The notes beneath the pieces were generated by a model that did not search any database, was not told the DNA's origin, and was given only the letters and a program-made list of their open reading frames with translations. Positions 56,001 to 64,000 of a DNA stretch of 64,000 nucleotides are shown here, piece after piece. Each line of letters begins with the position of its first letter. Position 1 is the first letter of the stretch. This DNA is from Bugula neritina (Eukaryota > Animalia > Bryozoa): the NCBI GenBank assembly GCA_964035545.1, contig OZ037772.1, positions 9,913,150 to 9,977,149 on the forward strand, in the 5' to 3' direction. A program made the position numbers and the translations under genes.

Positions 56001-57974
56001 TATTTCCTTCGAGAATCAATAGACAAGATTGAAGGTGTTGTATTATATATGCATTTTCTGTTAAGCTTAAAGTGGTAATCATAAAGCTATATGCATTTAA
56101 GTTTGAGAACCAAACCTTATTCCATTATGAATTTATGTAGCCCCCACAATGCAATAATTGGCATGCTGGTTTGCAAGTTTCAGGTCTGCGGTTTGATTGC
56201 CGGTGGGTCAAAAATGTTTGTTAACACCATAAGTTCATACCTTTTACCTTTGGTATAACAGTTTGTAGAGTAAAAAATAATATTATTGGCAAAAGTTCTT
56301 TCTTCAATAGAATCTTTATTTATGTTTAGCAGAAGTATCTTTTCAAACATTTATTACATTTAGGTAGTATTAAATTCTGTCCTATAAGTTTCTTTTGTTA
56401 TAAAGTTAATATACTTAGCATGCACTAAATTTGGTAATGCAACTTTAAACCTCATGACTTTAGTTAGTCTAATACTAATCTTATACTCGATGACTTGTCA
56501 TCAAACTGAGGACAGCGTTTTACATAAAAATCTATTAAAAGTAGACACTTTGAAAGAAACCATTGTATGCAGATTCAGCTTGAGGGTCGAATATATTGTG
56601 ATAAAATTCAAATGAAAGCACAATTCTCGATGATGTAGTCGAAAGGCACTGGAGTTTTTCTATATAAAAGAAAATAGCTTGTCTATAATGTAGGCCTAAA
56701 TTTTTGTTGAAAACACAATTTGGCAATCTGAAATATTTTTTGTAACCTTTTATACCTCGATGTATGATGTGCCTGCTGTGGAGATAGGAGAGGCCTTCCA
56801 ACAGCTGGAAGATGCACTTTTTAGTTTTCTGTTCAGTAAAAGGTCCAGACGATAAAGCTTTTCTTATTGTTCCTCCAGGCATATATTCCATAAAAATACA
56901 AAGAACCTTTGTTTCTGCAATGAAAGGAAGTGTAAATAGCGTGCAAGTATGCCTGTGACAGTGGTAGAGAAGGGGAAAAAAGCTTCAGCACGGTTATAAA
57001 GAGCGCAAAAATTTTTTTAAATCAATGACCTGTTTAAACAACCTCGTAAACGAAGCTTGCATCGACAATTATTTTATTGCATTTCAAATTGGCAATATTT
57101 TGATAACACTGTGTTGGCATTGAAATATTTGTGGGTGATTAAAAAATACTGAAAAGCTCGATCTGCATGATATTATACACATTACTCTAACAGATAATGA
57201 GTACAGAAAGGCACACCTGGTCCATAGGAACCATCTTTCAGCTCATGTCGAATAAACCTGACTATACGATCATGACTCAACTTCTCTAATATCTTAACTT
57301 CAGCTGTCGCCCTGTGAATTTTCTAAAAAACATGAGCCTTTATTAGCAAAAACTGCTTGTTGCGCATACAAGAATCTTTTTAGTTGCTACTTTTGCTCAC
57401 TAATCACAAAAGACTGCTTCATAAAGAAACATCAGAAAAAAAAAAGAGATTTGTGCCAAAAAAGAAAAGAAGAAGCTATAATAAATCATTTTTATAAAAT
57501 GTTGAATAGGTTTCCAAAACTTTATAGGAATTAATATTTTCTTACTTTCTTGTATGTAGAGCCGCTAACCATTCCAAGTTCAATTTTCTTTACAGCCTGC
57601 TCCTCTTGTCTCTCTTCGTCTAAGTACAGCCAAACCGAAGCAAAAGTTCCTGTGCCAATAAGCAGCTTACTGCATGATTCTGTGATTCAAAAAAGATGTT
57701 TATTTATAATTTATAGTAGAACAATTTGACAAAAAATACTTGCTTTAATATTTTCAAAAACACTCTTGCTTCTCAAAATCATCATACTTCAAAACATTTA
57801 CTTAGCTACTTGCCAGGCAAACTAAGAAGCTATTTTAATATACAAATTCCAAACGATCAGTTACATATAGATGCTAGTATGTTTTATTTTCTATATTAAC
57901 AAGAAAAAAGTATTTCTACCTTCCATATCTTCATATAATGCCTGTTTTGAAAATTTTGCTGAAGAAGAGCTCAT
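53061..57974 (-). pseudogene. Second kinase + beta-propeller paralogue, with catalytic HRD->HRG and an in-frame TGA; exons 57974-57920, 57679-57546, 57322-57217, 56914-56747, 55957-55768, 55065-54818, 54377-53700, 53185-53061
   Basis: Intron positions match the + strand kinase gene. Motifs: IGTGTFASVW, AVKK, IIHRGIKGSNIL (GGT at 56754-56756), ISDFGVSK, GTDK*MAPEV (TGA at 55821-55823 replacing TGG), VEMLSRHPPW. The propeller exons are open. The start codon is tentative. Confidence 0.82.
55322..55635. repeat. 15-17-bp minisatellite (GAATGGTTATGGTAT) in an intron of kinase paralogue 2
   Basis: Directly visible. Confidence 0.9.
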
Positions 57975-58988
57975 CACCAAAGCTGATGCAACATGTGGAG
58001 TCTAACTAGCTGACTTAGGATTCCAATTAAGGACAATTTAAGAGATGGAACTTTGTCATATGTTGATTGTACGGAGAGTATCAAATGGATTGCCCATCAC
58101 TACGGTACAGCCTTTAAATATTTCCTAAAACTAACACCCAATATCAAAGTCATTATTAGCATGCATTTCCTGAAATTATCTAAACGTATTGGTTTAATAA
58201 CAATTAATGACTGCTATGCAGTGTGCGGGTAGCATATTTGCTGTCTGTTTGATAACACAGCAAATAATAACTGCAGTCGTTGCTAGTTAGACAAAAGCCG
58301 CAGCCATCCAGAATCTATGGGAAAAAGGAGAGCTGGAGGGAGAAAGACTTGGATACTACTAATAACTCTAATACGTGTAACTCTAACCCTTCTAGAATGC
58401 AGTTAATATAGCATGCAGTGACATTTGTTTATACATTAGCTGTGAAGGATTCAAAAGAAATTTTAGCGGCTATAATAATTTGTAGTTGATGAAAGACTAA
58501 AAAAAACATAAAGACAGCATTATAAAAAATGTTTATGGTTTATTAACACAACTAATGAATGCCTATACATTGAACCGCGTTTAGTTGGTCACGTTATAAC
58601 AAACTCCATCCTTATCAAGTCATTAAATGAATGCTAATCAGCTAAAATCATTTTCCGGGAATAAAGCAATATTTGAGATACGTATGAGAGGTATTCAAAC
58701 ACTTATATCTCACTGCATTTACACCTGTACATTGCTACAGCTGCTATTCACTGAATATCCATGATGCATTAACTGAATAGATAGCTACTATTGACGTGCT
58801 CAGAGCTATATTACAGATAAAACATGTGACCAGAGAAACTAATGTACATGACTCATATGTCATGTGACTTTCATGGTAACTAGAAACTGCATTGTATGTA
58901 GTGATAGATAGGAGTTAGAGTGGGTAATGCAAAGAGCTGTATGCTATCTACTGTAGGCTGTGGAATATATGAAGCATCATCAAAAGGC

Positions 58989-58992
<4 letters not shown>

Positions 58993-59080
<88 letters not shown>
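58993..59080. repeat. (TA)n microsatellite
   Basis: Directly visible. Confidence 0.95.
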
Positions 59081-59081
<1 letters not shown>

Positions 59082-61914
59082 CTCTTCTCAAAACGGTGTA
59101 ATCAAGTAAAATAAATCAGTATACAATAGCAGGTAGCAGTGACATAAGGAGAACTAGAAAAGAAAAAACTTGCATACGGCTCAGTTTAAAATCCAAACCT
59201 ATATCTTTGTATATCACCAACCAATATTTAGGATTCAGAAATTAGCTAAGCAAATAGCATTTCACAGATGCAATAAATAGAGATATTTAAATGAGCATAT
59301 AGAAGATAACCTCACCCGGCAACCTATGCAATTAAATGCTTTAATAAATTAAAGAACATGCATAATAAATATTAAAACTTATGTTAATGTACTCAAATCA
59401 AATCTTAATCAGTAAAGCAAACACAATTATGGCTCTATAACACCTAGTACCTATCACTAGATTTATTCTAAACATTATTTGTGTTCTTTAGTGTGTAAAT
59501 TAGTTGTAACAGCATGCAATAGGGCTTGAAACAGTTGAATAAGTTATTTACTTTAACATTGTTCTTAAAAACTTAATAAGCTATAGTTTACTTACCTGCC
59601 TTCCTTTACAACTGACAATGCGGCTGCTAACAAATAACAGAGCTTTTTAATGATATATTTACACTCTTATTTACTATTTATAGCCGTGATGAATGTATAC
59701 TGCAGTTAACTTATTTAATAGCTCATGCAATGAAAACAAGATAAACAAACCGCTACACCTTGTTAACAATACACACGTCAGCACAGCTTTACGGTGTGCC
59801 TGATGATAAGAGTTTCCGATATAAATGTTGAGTCAGATGCAGCTTAAATAAACTTGGTTGTACGCACAAGGAAGGTTGAATCCTGTTTGAATAGTTCCTG
59901 GAAAGTTCCTAAAACTGCGTTTCCATCACATAAATGGATTTTTCATTGTCTAATGGAAATAGTTACATAGAAGCCACAGCCATAAGTTAATGTAAACTTA
60001 TTTAATTAAACAATTTAATTCATACTGACATCCATTCCCATAATGCACAGTCAATTGCAACGCAGTGTTATAATGCTGTAATGAAAAACTGCTGGCATCT
60101 AAAATTATAAAGAAATAAAACCACTCACAGCAAAGATAGTTTCTAAGGAATGTGTAGTAGTGTAATGGTATAGCACACTGGTGTACAAGTTAGAAGGCAG
60201 TGGTTGAGTCCTGGTGGAGGCAATTATAGTTTGTACAAGCTACTTTGGTCTTGAAAAAATACTTCCATCTAAAAATAGATTATGAGGAAATTCAATTTGA
60301 AGGATGATGATCTTATTCACTTTTCAAAATGAAGTTGTTTTGTATTAAAAGAGAATGAAATTCAAATTAGTTTTGGAAGTTTTTTATATAGCTGGTGAAT
60401 GATGCTCTGGTCAATGCCTGAAGTGCAACACCTATCATGAAGAGCTGGCTTGTAATGCTATCTGCATTACTGCAATTATTTAACTTGTTTTTTGCAAATT
60501 GATAACAGTACATGCAATGTGGCTCCCCAATGCAAAACCTATTTACACAATTCTAAACTATTTAGATAGAGTCCGGAGTATGATTGCAAACAATTATCCC
60601 TCTGGAATTCAGGAATTTTCTAGAAACAGCTTATGTATGATTCATGTTATGTAACATGATAAGGAACTATCACACAAGCATCAAGCAAACAGCAAACACT
60701 ATAAAGGATAGGTTTTCCCAGGAAATTGTGTAATAATATAAGACGCCTGTTTTATGGCCTATTGCTATGTGTGACTTCAAATACGTGAAATAATTTCATG
60801 CAAAAAGCGATAACATTCCAATGCAAACTGTCAAAACAATATTTGGCATACAATATACGTTCTGCTTTTTCTGTAAATGTTAGAAATGTCACTAACAAAA
60901 AGTTAACTGTTTCATTAATAATAGCCTGCCCCAAGTGACAATGGGCTGTTAATATTGTATAGCATCGCTTTAACAAGGAGTCATTTCAAATGAAAAATCA
61001 AATACTTGATGTAAAAACACAATATGATAAAATAAAACAAAATAAATTATTATCTATATAATATACTAATATATAATATTATGAACAATATATTGGAAGA
61101 AGGTTTTTGTAGATTATTCATGGTATATATATAGTAGCATATTTCTAAAAATAGCAAACTGTGATACTTTACCTATCGGAATAGTAGCAATAAGCTCCTA
61201 AGTAAGTGCTCTAAGTATTTTGATAGGCACTTACTACTTCTATTTTTCTTCAACAATCAACAAATCTCACCTATAGGACTAAAGCTGGACAAATATCTTA
61301 GCCTGCAGTCAGGCATGTTAACCAATATTTGAATAGCATTTTTGCTATTGACTTTAGTTTATCCAGTACAGCGATAAATTCAGATTAGGTAATAAAGCAA
61401 ACAACCTCCAGTTCTTAGAAGCATTTTATTAGTTTTTCAAGTTGTGAAAGAATGAATAGCATTTAAAAATAGGCATTCTGTCAATGCAATGAAAGAATTG
61501 ATTATACCAATATTCTTTCAACACTATTTTTATGCAGTACTGAGTACTAGTAGGAAAATCTGCATTCAATTTAATCAATAAGAAAAATCAATGAGAATCT
61601 TAGACTGCAGGTTTTGAAAATGTGTGCCCTGGATGGGAACATCAATTATAGAAGCTACTGAATAATGCTGTAGTACAGAACAGTGACAGAAAAAAACATT
61701 CTTTAAAAATGAGTAGTCAAAGAGTACACCTAATCATCCACTACGCTGTTTGAGATGCTTTCGATTCCAATGCAATATTGCTTCATATAATAAAATATTT
61801 CTGCACTGTTTTTTACCAGTATTTTATTTTATATCTTAGACTAATTAAACTGTAAAAAAAACACCAAAGCAACATGTAAAACTCACAAATAGTTTAAAAA
61901 AAGCGCAAAATATT

Positions 61915-62220
61915 TACTCTGGCAATATTATTTTATAATTAGCATCAAAATACAGCAGCACTAGGTAAGTGTATAACATTACATCATACATATAAAAATA
62001 AGTGTAAATATTTGAAAGATTTTGAAAGGCAAAAAAAATTAAAACAGTCCAAGCACACTGAAAATAACTGATCTGGCAATATTATTTCTTCTGCATCAAA
62101 ATAGCACTAGTTGAATATGTATTATATTTTACATATGAAAAATTCATTGTGAGTATTTATAAGAGTTTGTAAAACAAAACGACTGACAAAAATTCAAAAT
62201 CTATCCAAGACCACTGGAAA
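61915..62220. repeat. About 155-bp diverged direct duplication
   Basis: TCTGGCAATATTATTT...GCATCAAAATA...GCACTAG...TCCAAG..CACTG occurs twice. Confidence 0.6.
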
Positions 62221-62750
62221 GAAATCAGAAAGAAGCTATCAAACAGCTGGTATCATTTTAACAGTAATAACAAATCACATCATTATTTACAGGGTTTAAT
62301 TTATAAGATATACTACACACTGAATACTAAAAAATTGGAAACAGAACTTTTTCATATTTCAAATAAACTTGCACTGTATTATAATACCTTGCAGCAATTT
62401 GTTTGAGCTTAACAAAAACATTTCAAAACATCAAAGCGTATGGAAAAAAACTAATTATGAAAATAGACCTAAAATGAGGCTAAACTAAAATTTTTAAATC
62501 AATTTGTTTTTTATTAAATGAGATATCTAACACAGGTGCTAGCAATTTATATGGAATGTAGTACTAATAGGTTGAGCTAAACTTACTGTGAATAAAATAA
62601 TGAAAATTGTCTTTTTTGTGGCTTTCTGAAGTTGATTCCCAGAAATGAGATTAAATCTTAGTTTTTTAAAAGAAGATTGAAATAAGAAAGATTATAAGAA
62701 AGAAATGATATTTATTGTTCATGCAGTTGTGAGAGTTGGACGCCTGCTTT

Positions 62751-63960
62751 TCATTTGATCTGGTAGAACTTTACCCTCTCACTCCAATATCCAAGTATGA
62801 CTAGAGTTGATTTGAATACTGCCATGTCGTGTACAAAGCTGTCTCCTCTATAAGCTAGTCTGGAGAGCACCTGACCTGATAAAAGAGGTCAAGAAGGTCA
62901 AAAGGTCAGAAAATCAAAAGTTCAAAAGGTCAAAAAGTCAGAGTGACAAGTATGCAAATTGATAACCACACTTTGAACTAAATTTAAAAAAATTCTCTGC
63001 TTTTATTAGCACATAATTTAAAGCAGTACAAACCCGTTTCAAGTGAAATTATGCAGAATGTGTAGCCATTGCTGTCAATCACAAAAACAAACTCATCTTG
63101 ATAACAGGTCATTCCAACTGGCTGAGCCACTTCTTTGCATTTCCAAATCACTTTACCCTGTGAAGTGTTAAATTTGAACACTAATGACAGGTGTTCATGG
63201 GAGACAATAAGAGAGTTACTGTTGGCGGCACAAATTCTGGTCAGAGCATTATTTAGTAAAGGACAAAAGAGTATGCACACTACCTCCCCATTCAAAGAGT
63301 ATGCACACTACCTCCCCATTCAAAGAGTATGCACACTACCTCCCCATTCAAAGAGTATGCACACTACCTCCCCATTCAAAGAGTATGCACACTACCTCCC
63401 CATTCAAAGAGTATGCACACTACCTCCCCATTCAAAAAGTATGCACACTACCTCCCCATTCAAAGAGTATGCACACTACCTCCCCATTCAAAGAGTATGC
63501 ACACTACCTCCCCATTCAAAGAGTATGCACACTACCTCCCCATTCAAAGAGTAGAACACAAGTGCTTTACTTTTTAGGTCAGGAATTACTACTAAACTGT
63601 CTATCACAGCAAGTTGGTTTAACAAGTTTGATTTGTGTCTGTGAGTCCAACTGTTAACAATATTTCCTTCAAGGTCATAAACATTCACAGTTGAATCAAT
63701 AAAGAAAGTGTATATTCTATCACAATACACCGAGATGCTGATCACTCTACCATTTGTACTAGGAATAAATGGTGAGGTTTCTGGAAAAAGTTGCTCGGAA
63801 GACAAGCTGATTCTGTACACTCCATTTTCACACCCCACATACCCAATACCACCATACGTGTCAACAGCAATGCAGCCTGAAGAAATGATTTGTTTGCCAA
63901 GCAGTTCTATGGAATTGGGATGTGGAGGCAGAACTACTTTTTCCTCCTGAACAATGCTGC
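62751..63960 (-). pseudogene. Third beta-propeller paralogue: 3' exons 63960-63034 and 62875-62751; upstream exons lie outside the window; reading frame broken by a 28-bp tandem repeat
   Basis: Translation aligns with the other two propellers (GCIAVDTYGGIGYVGCENGVY, NSWTHRHKSNLLNQLAVIDSLVVIPD, FYSLNGEVVCILFCPLL, PVGMTCYQDEFVFVID, GQVLSRL...VKFYQIK*). A stop occurs at 63488-63490 inside the repeat. Whether a kinase lies upstream cannot be seen. Confidence 0.75.
63266..63553. repeat. 10 x 28-bp near-perfect tandem repeat AAAGAGTATGCACACTACCTCCCCATTC (plus 8 bp) inside a coding exon
   Basis: 63266-63545 is 280 bp, i.e. 10 units. One unit has a G>A change. Confidence 0.95.
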
Positions 63961-64000
63961 CTGCGATAAAAGAGTTTCATATAAATACAATGACACAGGG

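Noticed and set aside
63266-63553. 28-bp repeat (and the 20-bp repeat at 3439) as a CRISPR array
   Set aside because: Units are contiguous with no unique spacers, the context is eukaryotic, and no cas genes are present. The + strand ORFs over the repeat are artefacts.

Overview
AT-rich, intron-containing animal genomic DNA (invertebrate-like; the species cannot be established from the sequence). I spliced genes by hand using GT-AG sites. There are three blocks. (1) 1-30.6 kb: a tandem array of at least 8 highly diverged Bcl-2-family (Bax-like) genes; the first is cut by the window edge. They share one five-exon plan (47 / 113-122 / 152-167 / 141 nt / tail-anchor exon). Only one keeps the BH1 NWGR motif, and none of the seven complete copies keeps the BH3 Gly-Asp. 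(2) 31.1-41.6 kb: a head-to-tail, apparently identical dimer of a 5246-bp element bounded by TTTAAA with imperfect terminal inverted repeats. It carries a decayed gene resembling the P2X7 ballast domain and is Kolobok-like. (3) 43-64 kb: three related genes with a C-terminal NHL-like beta-propeller. The two complete ones fuse it to an N-terminal MEKK2/3-like (STE11) kinase. One copy is intact, one has HRD->HRG plus a nonsense codon, and the third (cut by the window edge) has its propeller exon interrupted by a 10-copy 28-bp tandem repeat. Introns contain tRNA-derived SINEs, microsatellites, and minisatellites built from repeated 5' splice-site consensus. A MITE lies between kinase copies 1 and 2. 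The best candidate for an undescribed system is the diversified Bax-like array directly next to the kinase-propeller family, a possible sensor-kinase / death-effector locus. That functional link is inference only.
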